Positions 51,201 to 64,000 of a stretch of DNA of 64,000 nucleotides are shown here, piece by piece. The notes under the pieces were generated by a model, which was given only the letters and a program-made list of their open reading frames with translations, was not told the origin of the DNA and made no database searches. Source of the stretch: Eledone cirrhosa (lineage: Eukaryota). Positions within the stretch are counted from its first letter, which is position 1, and each line of letters opens with the position of its first letter. The stretch is from positions 9,238,001 to 9,302,000 of the forward strand of contig OZ024740.1 in NCBI GenBank assembly GCA_964016885.1, written 5' to 3'. The position numbers were made by a program, and so were the translations under genes.

Positions 51201-54200
51201 ATATCAATTTCGATTGGTATATCAGTTTCTATTAGTATGTCAGTTTCGATTCTTATGTCAGTTTTGATTGGTATGTCAGTTTCGATTGGTATGTCAGTTT
51301 CTATTGGTATGTCAGTTTCTATTGGTATATCAGTTTCTATTGGTATGTCAGTTTTGATTGGTATGTCAGTTTGTATTGGTATATCAGTCTCGATTTGTAT
51401 ATCAGTTACTATTGGTATATCAGTTCCGATTGGTATATCAGTTTCGATTGGTATGTCAGTTTCGATTACTATATCAGTTTCTATTCGTATGTCAGTTTTG
51501 ATTGGTTTGTCAATTTCTATTGGTATATCAGTTTCGATGGTATGTCAGTTTCTATTGTTATATCAGTTCCGATTGGTATATCAGTTTCGATTGGTATATC
51601 AGTTTCTATTGGTATATCAGTTCCGATTGGTATATCAGTTTCGATTGGTATGTCAGTTTCTATTGGTATATCAGTTTCGATTGATATATCAGTTTCGATT
51701 AATATGTCAGTTTCTATTGGTATGTCAGTTTCGATTAGTATATCAGTTTCTATTGGTATGTCAGTTTTGATTGGTATGTCAGTTTCTATTGGTATATCAG
51801 TTTCGATTGGTATATCAGTTTTGATTGGTATGACAGTTTCTATTGGTATGTCAGTTTCTATTGGTATGTCAGTTTCGATTGGTATGTCAGTTTTATTGGT
51901 ATGTCAATTTCGATTGGTATATCAGTTTCGATTGGTATGTCAGTTTCTATTCGTATATCAGTTTTGATTAGTATGTTAGTTTCTATTGGTATGTCAGGTC
52001 CGATTGGTATGTTAGTCCTCGATTCGTATGTCAGTTTCTATTGGTATATCAATTTCGATTGGTATGTCAGTTTCTATTGGTCTGTCATTTTCTATTGTTA
52101 TGTCAGGTCCGATTGGTATGTTAGTCCTCGATTCGTATGTCAGTTTCTAATGGTATATCAGTTTCGATTGGTATGTCAGTTTCTATTGGTCTGTCAGTTT
52201 CTATTGGTATATCAGTTTCGATTGGTATGTCAGTTTCGATTAGTATATCAGTTTCTATTGGTATGTCAGTTTCTATTGGTATATCAATTTCGATTGGTAT
52301 ATCAGTTTCGATTAGTTTGACAGTTTCGATTCGTATGTCAGTTTCGATTGGTATGTCAGTTTTGATTGGTATGTCAGTTTCGATTTGTATGTCAATTTCG
52401 ATTGGTATGACAGTTTTGATTGGTATGTCAGTTTCTATTGGTATATCAGTTTCGATTGGTATATCAGTTTCTATTGGTATATCAGTTCCTTTTTGTATAT
52501 CAGTTTCGATTTGTATGTCAGTTTCGATTAGTATATCAGTTTCTGTTGGTATGTCAGTTATGATTGGTATGTGAGTTTCTATAGGTATATCAGTTTCGAT
52601 TGGTATATCAGTTTCTATTGGTATATCAGTTCCGATTGGTATATCAGTTTATATTTGTATGTCAGTTTCGATTGGTATATCAGTTACTATTGGTATGTCA
52701 GTTATGATTGGTATGTGAGTTTCTATTGGTATATCAGTTTCTATTGGTATATCAGTTTTGATTGGTATATCAGTTTCGATTCGTATGTCACTTTCGATTA
52801 GTATATCAGTTTGTATTGGTATGTCAGTTTCTATTGGTATATCAATTTCGATTGGTATATCAGTTTCGATTAGTATGTCAGTTTCGATACTTATGTCAGT
52901 TTCGATTGGTATGTCAGTTTCGATTGGTATGTCAGTTTCTATTAGTATGTCAGTTTCTATTGGTATATCAGTTTCTATTGGTATGTCAGTTTTGATTAGT
53001 ATGTCAGTTTCTATTGGTATATCAGTTTCGATTGGTATATCAGTTTCTATTGGTATATCAGTTCCGATTGGTATATCAGTTTCGATTGGTATGTCAGTTT
53101 CGATTACTATATCAGTTTCGATTGGTATATCAGTTTCTATTGGTATATCAGTTCCGATTGGTATATCAGTTTCGATTGGTATGTCAGTTTTAATTGGTAT
53201 ATCAGTTTCGATTGATATATCAGTTTCGATTAATACATCAGTTTCTATTGGTATATCAATTTCAATTGTATGTCAGTTTCTATTGGTATGTCAGTTTCTA
53301 TTGGTATATCAGTTTCGATTGGTATGTCACTTTCGATTAGTATATCAGTTTCTATTGGTATGTCAGTTTCTATTGGTATATCAATTTCGATTGGTATATC
53401 AGTTTCTATTAGTATGTCAGTTTCGATTCTTATGTCAGTTTTGATTGGTATGTCAGTTTCGATTGGTATGTCAGTTTCTATTGGTATGTCAGTTTCTATT
53501 GGTATATCAGTTTCTATTGGTATGTCAGTTTTGATTGGTATGTCAGTTTGTATTGGTATATCAGTCTCGATTTGTATATCAGTTACTATTGGTATATCAG
53601 TTCCGATTGGTATATCAGTTTCGATTGGTATGTCAGTTTCGATTACTATATCAGTTTCTATTCGTATGTCAGTTTTGATTGGTTTGTCAATTTCTATTGG
53701 TATATCAGTTTCGATGGTATATCAGTTTCTATTGTTATATCAGTTCCGATTGGTATATCAGTTTCGATTGGTATATCAGTTTCTATTGGTATATCAGTTC
53801 CGATTGGTATATCAGTTTCGATTGGTATGTCAGTTTCTATTGGTATATCAGTTTCGATTGATATATCAGTTTCGATTAATATGTCAGTTTCTATTGGTAT
53901 GTCAGTTTCGATTAGTATATCAGTTTCTATTGGTATGTCAGTTTTGATTGGTATGTCAGTTTCTATTGGTATATCAGTTTCGATTGGTATATCAGTTTTG
54001 ATTGGTATGACAGTTTCTATTGGTATGTCAGTTTCTATTGGTATGTCAGTTTCGATTGGTATGTCAGTTTTATTGGTATGTCAATTTCGATTGGTATATC
54101 AGTTTCGATTGGTATGTCAGTTTCTATTCGTATATCAGTTTTGATTAGTATGTTAGTTTCTATTGGTATGTCAGGTCCGATTGGTATGTTAGTCCTCGAT

Positions 54201-57200
54201 TCGTATGTCAGTTTCTATTGGTATATCAATTTCGATTGGTATGTCAGTTTCTATTGGTCTGTCAGTTTCTATTGTTATGTCAGGTCCGATTGGTATGTTA
54301 GTCCTCGATTCGTATGTCAGTTTCTAATGGTATATCAGTTTCGATTGGTATGTCAGTTTCTATTGGTCTGTCAGTTTCTATTGGTATATCAGTTTCGATT
54401 GGTATGTCAGTTTCGATTAGTATATCAGTTTCTATTGGTATGTCAGTTTCTATTGGTATATCAATTTCGATTGGTATATCAGTTTCGATTAGTTTGACAG
54501 TTTCGATTCGTATGTCAGTTTCGATTGGTATGTCAGTTTTGATTGGTATGTCAGTTTCGATTTGTATGTCAATTTCGATTGGTATGACAGTTTTGATTGG
54601 TATGTCAGTTTCTATTGGTATATCAGTTTCGATTGGTATATCAGTTTCTATTGGTATATCAGTTCCTTTTTGTATATCAGTTTCGATTTGTATGTCAGTT
54701 TCGATTAGTATATCAGTTTCTGTTGGTATGTCAGTTATGATTGGTATGTGAGTTTCTATAGGTATATCAGTTTCGATTGGTATATCAGTTTCTATTGGTA
54801 TATCAGTTCCGATTGGTATATCAGTTTATATTTGTATGTCAGTTTCGATTGGTATATCAGTTACTATTGGTATGTCAGTTATGATTGGTATGTGAGTTTC
54901 TATTGGTATATCAGTTTCTATTGGTATATCAGTTTTGATTGGTATATCAGTTTCGATTGGTATGTCACTTTCGATTAGTATATCAGTTTGTATTGGTATG
55001 TCAGTTTCTATTGGTATATCAATTTCGATTGGTATATCAGTTTCGATTAGTATGTCAGTTTCGATACTTATGTCAGTTTCGATTGGTATGTCAGTTTCGA
55101 TTGGTATGTCAGTTTCTATTAGTATGTCAGTTTCTATTGGTATATCAGTTTCTATTGGTATGTCAGTTTTGATTAGTATGTCAGTTTCTATTGGTATATC
55201 AGTTTCGATTGGTATATCAGTTTCTATTGGTATATCAGTTCCGATTGGTATATCAGTTTCGATTGGTATGTCAGTTTCGATTACTATATCAGTTTCGATT
55301 GGTATATCAGTTTCTATTGGTATATCAGTTCCGATTGGTATATCAGTTTCGATTGGTATGTCAGTTTTAATTGGTATATCAGTTTCGATTGATATATCAG
55401 TTTCGATTAATACATCAGTTTCTATTGGTATGTCACTTTCGATTAGTATATCAGTTTCTATTGGTATGTCAGTTTCGATTGGAATGTCAATTTCGATTAG
55501 TATATCAGTTTCTATTGGTATGTCAGTTTCTATTGGTATATCAATTTAGATTGGTATATCAGTTTCGATTAGTATGTCAGTTTCGATTCGTATGTCAGTT
55601 TCGATTGGTATGTCAGTTTTGATTGGTATGTCAGTTTCTATTGGTATATCAGTTACGATTTGTATATCAGTTTTGATTTGTATATCAGTTTCGATTGGTA
55701 TGACAGTTTCTATTGGTATGTCAGTTTCTATTGGTATGTCAGTTTCGATTGGTATGTCAGTTTTATTGGTATGTCAATTTCGATTGGTATATCAGTTTCG
55801 ATTGGTATGTCAGTTTCGATTTGTATGTCAATTTCGATTGGTATGACAGTTTTGATTGGTATGTCAGTTTCTATTGGTATATCAGTTTCAATTGGTATAT
55901 CAGTTTCTATTAGTATATCAGTTCCGATTGGTATATCAGTTTCGATTTGTATGTCAGTTTCGATTAGTATATCAGTTTCTATTGGTATGTCAGTTATGAT
56001 TGGTATGTGAGTTTCTATTGGTATATCAGTTTCTATTGGTATATCAGTTTTGATTGGTATGTTAGTTTCGATTGGTATGTCAGTTTTATTGGTATGTCAA
56101 TTTCGATTGGTATATCAGTTTCGATTGGTATGTCAGTTTCTATTCGTATATCAGTTTTGATTAGTATGTTAGTTTCTATTGGTATGTCAGGTCCGATTGG
56201 TATGTTAGTCCTCGATTCGTATGTCAGTTTCTATTGGTATATCAATTTCGATTGGTATGTCAGTTTCACTTGGTCTGTCAGTTTCTATTGTTATGTCAGG
56301 TCCGATTGGTATGTTAGTCCTCGATTCGTATGTCAGTTTCTAATGGTATATCAGTTTCGATTGGTATGTCAGTTTCGATTAGTATATCAGTTTCTATTGG
56401 TATGTCAGTTTCTATTGGTATATCAATTTCGATTGGTATATCAGTTTCGATTAGTATGACAGTTTCGATTCGTATGTCAGTTTCGATTGGTATGTCAGTT
56501 TTGATTGGTATGTCAGTTTCGATTTGTATGTCAATTTCGATTGGTATGACAGTTTTGATTGGTATGTCAGTTTCTATTGGTATATCAGTTTCAATTGGTA
56601 TATCAGTTTCTATTAGTATATCAGTTCCGATTGGTATATCAGTTTCGATTTGTATGTCAGTTTCGATTAGTATATCAGTTTCTATTGGTATGTCAGTTAT
56701 GATTGGTATGTGAGTTTCTATTGGTATATCAGTTTCTATTGGTATATCAGTTTTGATTGGTATGTTAGTTTCTATTGGTATGTCAGTTCCGATAGGTATG
56801 TTAGTCCTCGATTGGTATGTCAGTTTCTATTGGTATATCAATTTCGATTGGTATATCAGTTTCGATTGGTATGTCACTTTCGATTAGTATATCAGTTTGT
56901 ATTGGTATGTCAGTTTCTATTGGTATATCAATTTCGATTGGTATATCAGTTTCTTTAGTATGTCAGTTTCGATTCTTATGTCAGTTTCGATTGGTATGTC
57001 AGTTTCGATTGGTATGTCAGTTTCTATTAGTATGTCAGTTTCTATTGGTATATCAGTTTCTATTGGTATGTCAGTTTTGATTAGTATGTCAGTTTCTATT
57101 GGTATGTCAGTTTCGATTGGTATATCAGTTTCTATTGGTATATCAGTTCCGATTGGTATATCAGTTTCGATTGGTATGTCAGTTTCGATTACTATATCAG

Positions 57201-60200
57201 TTTCGATTGGTATATCAGTTTCTATTGGTATATCAGTTCCGATTGGTATATCAGTTTCGATTGGTATGTCAGTTTTAATTGGTATATCAGTTTCGACTGA
57301 TATATCAGTTTCGATTAATATATCAGTTTCTATTGGTATGTCACTTTCGATTAGTATATCAGTTTCTATTGGTATGTCAGTTTCGATTGGAATGTCAATT
57401 TCTATTAGTATATCAGTTTCTATTGGTATGTCAGTTTCTATTGGTATATCAGTTTCTATTGGTATATCAGTTCCTTTTTGTATATCAGTTTCGATTTGTA
57501 TGTCAGTTTCGATTAGTATATCAGTTTCTGTTGGTATGTCAGTTATGATTGGTATGTGAGTTTCTATAGGTATATCAGTTTCGATTGGTATATCAGTTTC
57601 TATTGGTATATCAGTTCCGATTGGTATATCAGTTTATATTTGTATGTCAGTTTCGATTGGTATATCAGTTTCTATTGGTATGTCAGTTATGATTGGTATG
57701 TGAGTTTCTATTGGTATATCAGTTTCTATTGGTATATCAGTTTTGATTGGTATATCAGTTTCGATTGGTATGTCACTTTCGATTAGTATATCAGTTTGTA
57801 TTGGTATGTCAGTTTCTATTGGTATATCAATTTCGATTGGTATATCAGTTTCGATTAGTATGTCAGTTTCGATACTTATGTCAGTTTCGATTGGTATGTC
57901 AGTTTCGATTGGTATGTCAGTTTCTATTAGTATGTCAGTTTCTATTGGTATATCAGTTTCTATTGGTATGTCAGTTTTGATTAGTATGTCAGTTTCTATT
58001 GGTATATCAGTTTCGATTGGTATATCAGTTTCTATTGGTATATCAGTTCCGATTGGTATATCAGTTTCGATTGGTATGTCAGTTTCGATTACTATATCAG
58101 TTTCGATTGGTATATCAGTTTCTATTGGTATATCAGTTCCGATTGGTATATCAGTTTCGATTGGTATGTCAGTTTTAATTGGTATATCAGTTTCGATTGA
58201 TATATCAGTTTCGATTAATACATCAGTTTCTACTGGTATGTCACTTTCGATTAGTATATCAGTTTCTATTGGTATGTCAGTTTCGATTGGAATGTCAATT
58301 TCGATTAGTATATCAGTTTCTATTGGTATGTCAGTTTCTATTGGTATATCAATTTAGATTGGTATATCAGTTTCGATTAGTATGTCAGTTTCGATTCGTA
58401 TGTCAGTTTCGATTGGTATGTCAGTTTTGATTGGTATGTCAGTTTCTATTGGTATATCAGTTACGATTTGTATATCAGTTTTGATTTGTATATCAGTTTC
58501 GATTGGTATGACAGTTTCTATTGGTATGTCAGTTTCTATTGGTATGTCAGTTTCGATTGGTATGTCAGTTTTATTGGTATGTCAATTTCGATTGGTATAT
58601 CAGTTTCGATTGGTATGTCAGTTTCTATTCGTATATCAGTTTTGATTAGTATGTTAGTTTCTATTGGTATGTCAGGTCCGATTGGTATGTTAGTCCTCGA
58701 TTCGTATGTCAGTTTCTATTGGTATATCAATTTCGATTGGTATGTCAGTTTCACTTGGTCTGTCAGTTTCTATTGTTATGTCAGGTCCGATTGGTATGTT
58801 AGTCCTCGATTCGTATGTCAGTTTCTAATGGTATATCAGTTTCGATTGGTATGTCAGTTTCGATTAGTATATCAGTTTCTATTGGTATGTCAGTTTCTAT
58901 TGGTATATCAATTTCGATTGGTATATCAGTTTCGATTAGTATGACAGTTTCGATTCGTATGTCAGTTTCGATTGGTATGTCAGTTTTGATTGGTATGTCA
59001 GTTTCGATTTGTATGTCAATTTCGATTGGTATGACAGTTTTGATTGGTATGTCAGTTTCTATTGGTATATCAGTTTCAATTGGTATATCAGTTTCTATTA
59101 GTATATCAGTTCCGATTGGTATATCAGTTTCGATTTGTATGTCAGTTTCGATTAGTATATCAGTTTCTATTGGTATGTCAGTTATGATTGGTATGTGAGT
59201 TTCTATTGGTATATCAGTTTCTATTGGTATATCAGTTTTGATTGGTATGTTAGTTTCTATTGGTATGTCAGTTCCGATAGGTATGTTAGTCCTCGATTGG
59301 TATGTCAGTTTCTATTGGTATATCAATTTCGATTGGTATATCAGTTTCGATTGGTATGTCACTTTCGATTAGTATATCAGTTTGTATTGGTATGTCAGTT
59401 TCTATTGGTATATCAATTTCGATTGGTATATCAGTTTCTTTAGTATGTCAGTTTCGATTCTTATGTCAGTTTCGATTGGTATGTCAGTTTCGATTGGTAT
59501 GTCAGTTTCTATTAGTATGTCAGTTTCTATTGGCATATCAGTTTCTATTGGTATGTCAGTTTTGATTAGTATGTCAGTTTCTATTGGTATGTCAGTTTCG
59601 ATTGGTATATCAGTTTCTATTGGTATATCAGTTCCGATTGGTATATCAGTTTCGATTGGTATGTCAGTTTCGATTACTATATCAGTTTCGATTGGTATAT
59701 CAGTTTCTATTGGTATATCAGTTCCGATTGGTATATCAGTTTCGATTGGTATGTCAGTTTTAATTTGTATATCAGTTTCGATTGATATATCAGTTTCGAT
59801 TAATATATCAGTTTCTATTGGTATGTCACTTTCGATTAGTATATCAGTTTCTATTGGTATGTCAGTTTCGATTGGAATGTCAATTTCTATTAGTATATCA
59901 GTTTCTATTGGTATGTCAGTTTCTATTGGTATATCAATTTCGATTGGTATATCAGTTACGATTAGTATGTCAGTTTCGATTCGTATGTCAGTTTCGATTG
60001 GTATGTCAGTTTTGATTGGTATGTCAGTTTCTATTGGTATATCAGTTACGATTGGTATATCAGTTTTGGTTGGTATATCAGTTTCGATTGGTATGTCAGT
60101 TTCTATTGGTATATCAGTTACGATTTGTATATCAGTTTTGATTTGTATATCAGTTTCGATTGGTATGACAGTTTCTATTGGTATGTCAGTTTCTATTGGT

Positions 60201-63200
60201 ATGTCAGTTTCGATTGGTATGTCAGTTTTATTGGTATGTCAATTTCGATTGGTATATCAGTTTCGATTGGTATGTCAGTTTCTATTCGTATATCAGTTTT
60301 GATTAGTATGTTAGTTTCTATTGGTATGTCAGGTCCGATTGGTATGTTAGTCCTCGATTCGTATGTCAGTTTCTATTGGTATATCAATTTCGATTGGTAT
60401 GTCAGTTTCACTTGGTCTGTCAGTTTCTATTGTTATGTCAGTTTTAATTGGTATATCAGTTTCGATTGATATATCAGTTTCGATTAATACATCAGTTTCT
60501 ACTGGTATGTCACTTTCGATTAGTATATCAGTTTCTATTGGTATGTCAGTTTCGATTGGAATGTCAATTTCGATTAGTATATCAGTTTCTATTGGTATGT
60601 CAGTTTCTATTGGTATATCAATTTAGATTGGTATATCAGTTTCGATTAGTATGTCAGTTTCGATTCGTATGTCAGTTTCGATTGGTATGTCAGTTTTGAT
60701 TGGTATGTCAGTTTCTATTGGTATATCAGTTACGATTTGTATATCAGTTTTGATTTGTATATCAGTTTCGATTGGTATGACAGTTTCTATTGGTATGTCA
60801 GTTTCTATTGGTATGTCAGTTTCGATTGGTATGTCAGTTTTATTGGTATGTCAATTTCGATTGGTATATCAGTTTCGATTGGTATGTCAGTTTCTATTCG
60901 TATATCAGTTTTGATTAGTATGTTAGTTTCTATTGGTATGTCAGGTCCGATTGGTATGTTAGTCCTCGATTCGTATGTCAGTTTCTATTGGTATATCAAT
61001 TTCGATTGGTATGTCAGTTTCACTTGGTCTGTCAGTTTCTATTGTTATGTCAGGTCCGATTGGTATGTTAGTCCTCGATTCGTATGTCAGTTTCTAATGG
61101 TATATCAGTTTCGATTGGTATGTCAGTTTCGATTAGTATATCAGTTTCTATTGGTATGTCAGTTTCTATTGGTATATCAATTTCGATTGGTATATCAGTT
61201 TCGATTAGTATGACAGTTTCGATTCGTATGTCAGTTTCGATTGGTATGTCAGTTTTGATTGGTATGTCAGTTTCGATTTGTATGTCAATTTCGATTGGTA
61301 TGACAGTTTTGATTGGTATGTCAGTTTCTATTGGTATATCAGTTTCAATTGGTATATCAGTTTCTATTAGTATATCAGTTCCGATTGGTATATCAGTTTC
61401 GATTTGTATGTCAGTTTCGATTAGTATATCAGTTTCTATTGGTATGTCAGTTATGATTGGTATGTGAGTTTCTATTGGTATATCAGTTTCTATTGGTATA
61501 TCAGTTTTGATTGGTATGTTAGTTTCTATTGGTATGTCAGTTCCGATAGGTATGTTAGTCCTCGATTGGTATGTCAGTTTCTATTGGTATATCAATTTCG
61601 ATTGGTATATCAGTTTCGATTGGTATGTCACTTTCGATTAGTATATCAGTTTGTATTGGTATGTCAGTTTCTATTGGTATATCAATTTCGATTGGTATAT
61701 CAGTTTCTTTAGTATGTCAGTTTCGATTCTTATGTCAGTTTCGATTGGTATGTCAGTTTCGATTGGTATGTCAGTTTCTATTAGTATGTCAGTTTCTATT
61801 GGCATATCAGTTTCTATTGGTATGTCAGTTTTGATTAGTATGTCAGTTTCTATTGGTATGTCAGTTTCGATTGGTATATCAGTTTCTATTGGTATATCAG
61901 TTCCGATTGGTATATCAGTTTCGATTGGTATGTCAGTTTCGATTACTATATCAGTTTCGATTGGTATATCAGTTTCTATTGGTATATCAGTTCCGATTGG
62001 TATATCAGTTTCGATTGGTATGTCAGTTTTAATTTGTATATCAGTTTCGATTGATATATCAGTTTCGATTAATATATCAGTTTCTATTGGTATGTCACTT
62101 TCGATTAGTATATCAGTTTCTATTGGTATGTCAGTTTCGATTGGAATGTCAATTTCTATTAGTATATCAGTTTCTATTGGTATGTCAGTTTCTATTGGTA
62201 TATCAATTTCGATTGGTATATCAGTTACGATTAGTATGTCAGTTTCGATTCGTATGTCAGTTTCGATTGGTATGTCAGTTTTGATTGGTATGTCAGTTTC
62301 TATTGGTATATCAGTTACGATTGGTATATCAGTTTTGGTTGGTATATCAGTTTCGATTGGTATGTCAGTTTCTATTGGTATATCAGTTACGATTTGTATA
62401 TCAGTTTTGATTTGTATATCAGTTTCGATTGGTATGACAGTTTCTATTGGTATGTCAGTTTCTATTGGTATGTCAGTTTCGATTGGTATGTCAGTTTTAT
62501 TGGTATGTCAATTTCGATTGGTATATCAGTTTCGATTGGTATGTCAGTTTCTATTCGTATATCAGTTTTGATTAGTATGTTAGTTTCTATTGGTATGTCA
62601 GGTCCGATTGGTATGTTAGTCCTCGATTCGTATGTCAGTTTCTATTGGTATATCAATTTCGATTGGTATGTCAGTTTCACTTGGTCTGTCAGTTTCTATT
62701 GTTATGTCAGGTCCGATTGGTATGTTAGTCCTCGATTCGTATGTCAGTTTTTAATGGTATATCAGTTTCGATTGGTATGTCAGTTTCGATTAGTATATCA
62801 GTTTCTATTGGTATGTCAGTTTCTATTGGTATATCAATTTCGATTGGTATATCAGTTTCGATTAGTATGACAGTTTCGATTCGTATGTCAGTTTCGATTG
62901 GTATGTCAGTTTTGATTGGTATGTCAGTTTCGATTTGTATGTCAATTTCGATTGGTATGACAGTTTTGATTGGTATGTCAGTTTCTATTGGTATATCAGT
63001 TTCAATTGGTATATCAGTTTCTATTAGTATATCAGTTCCGATTGGTATATCAGTTTCGATTTGTATGTCAGTTTCGATTAGTATATCAGTTTCTATTGGT
63101 ATGTCAGTTATGATTGGTATGTGAGTTTCTATTGGTATATCAGTTTCTATTGGTATATCAGTTTTGATTGGTATGTTAGTTTCTATTGGTATGTCAGTTC

Positions 63201-64000
63201 CGATAGGTATGTTAGTCCTCGGTTGGTATGTCAGTTTCTATTGGTATATCAATTTCGATTGGTATATCAGTTTCGATTGGTATGTCACTTTCGATTAGTA
63301 TATCAGTTTGTATTGGTATGTCAGTTTCTATTGGTATATCAATTTCGATTGGTATATCAGTTTCTTTAGTATGTCAGTTTCGATTCTTATGTCAGTTTCG
63401 ATTGGTATGTCAGTTTCGATTGGTATGTCAGTTTCTATTAGTATGTCAGTTTCTATTGGCATATCAGTTTCTATTGGTATGTCAGTTTTGATTAGTATGT
63501 CAGTTTCTATTGGTATGTCAGTTTCGATTGGTATATCAGTTTCTATTGGTATATCAGTTCCGATTGGTATATCAGTTTCGATTGGTATGTCAGTTTCGAT
63601 TACTATATCAGTTTCGATTGGTATATCAGTTTCTATTGGTATATCAGTTCCGATTGGTATATCAGTTTCGATTGGTATGTCAGTTTTAATTTGTATATCA
63701 GTTTCGATTGATATATCAGTTTCGATTAATATATCAGTTTCTATTGGTATGTCACTTTCGATTAGTATATCAGTTTCTATTGGTATGTCAGTTTCGATTG
63801 GAATGTCAATTTCTATTAGTATATCAGTTTCTATTGGTATGTCAGTTTCTATTGGTATATCAATTTCGATTGGTATATCAGTTACGATTAGTATGTCAGT
63901 TTCGATTCGTATGTCAGTTTCGATTGGTATGTCAGTTTTGATTGGTATGTCAGTTTCTATTGGTATATCAGTTACGATTGGTATATCAGTTTTGATTGGT
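45284..64000 (+). repeat. 18-bp tandem satellite, segment 4 (runs to the window edge)
   Basis: Same monomer and orientation; own variant set (CAGGTCCG, 17-bp ATTGGTATGTCAGTTTT, GGTCTGTC); recent duplications from about 51 kb. Confidence 0.98.
51050..64000 (+). repeat. Nested near-identical block duplications (offsets 2177, 2808, 2485, 2269, 1657 bp)
   Basis: ORF pairs 51371/53548, 54748/57556, 56330/58815, 59382/61651, 61084/62741. Confidence 0.87.

Noticed and set aside
16-63941. Hundreds of ORFs encoding (IGMSVS)n, (LVCQFR)n, (WYVSFD)n or (IETDIP)n
   Set aside because: The 18-mer is a multiple of 3 and stop-free in several frames; the ORFs overlap in all frames, switch frame at 17/19-bp variants and have no unique domains.
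1-64000. CRISPR array or diversity-generating retroelement (repeats next to an RT)
   Set aside because: No unique spacers, cas genes or template/variable repeat pair; the RTs are APE-bearing eukaryotic LINE enzymes.
1-64000. Telomeric repeat array with telomere-specific retrotransposons
   Set aside because: The monomer is not a TTAGG(G)-type repeat, and the LINEs occur in both orientations and are RTE-like rather than TRAS/SART/HeT-A-like. A subtelomeric location cannot be excluded from this window.
1-64000. 9-bp sub-repeat origin of the 18-mer
   Set aside because: The halves ATTGGTATR and TCAGTTTCK share too few positions to support it.

Overview
Eukaryotic heterochromatin-like window with no host genes. 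About 57 kb (roughly 3,200 monomers) is one uniformly oriented 18-bp satellite, consensus ATTGGTAT(A/G)TCAGTTTC(G/T). It carries recurrent 17- and 19-bp variant monomers and nested, near-identical 0.7-5.8 kb block duplications. Three independent RTE-clade non-LTR retrotransposon (LINE) copies from two related families interrupt it. Family A is at 2422-3833 (-, 5'-truncated) and 37172-39289 (-, truncated at both ends). Family B is at 41898-45283 (+, nearly complete APE endonuclease-RT ORF, structured 3' UTR, (GAT)n tail). Main points of interest: (i) all three RT ORFs carry a C4HC3 PHD-type zinc finger inserted inside the RT domain; (ii) every (GAT)n tail joins the same TATR core of the monomer, including two tail-only (ATG)6 scars; (iii) the two families share a 3' UTR fold (tandem pseudoknot-like units plus three hairpins) with compensatory changes; (iv) pre-insertion empty sites survive in paralogous satellite blocks, so the junctions can be read directly. 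The hundreds of repetitive ORFs in the track are by-products of a stop-poor 18-mer. The LINE 3' ends resemble octopus/cephalopod RTE tails as I recall them; this is unverified.
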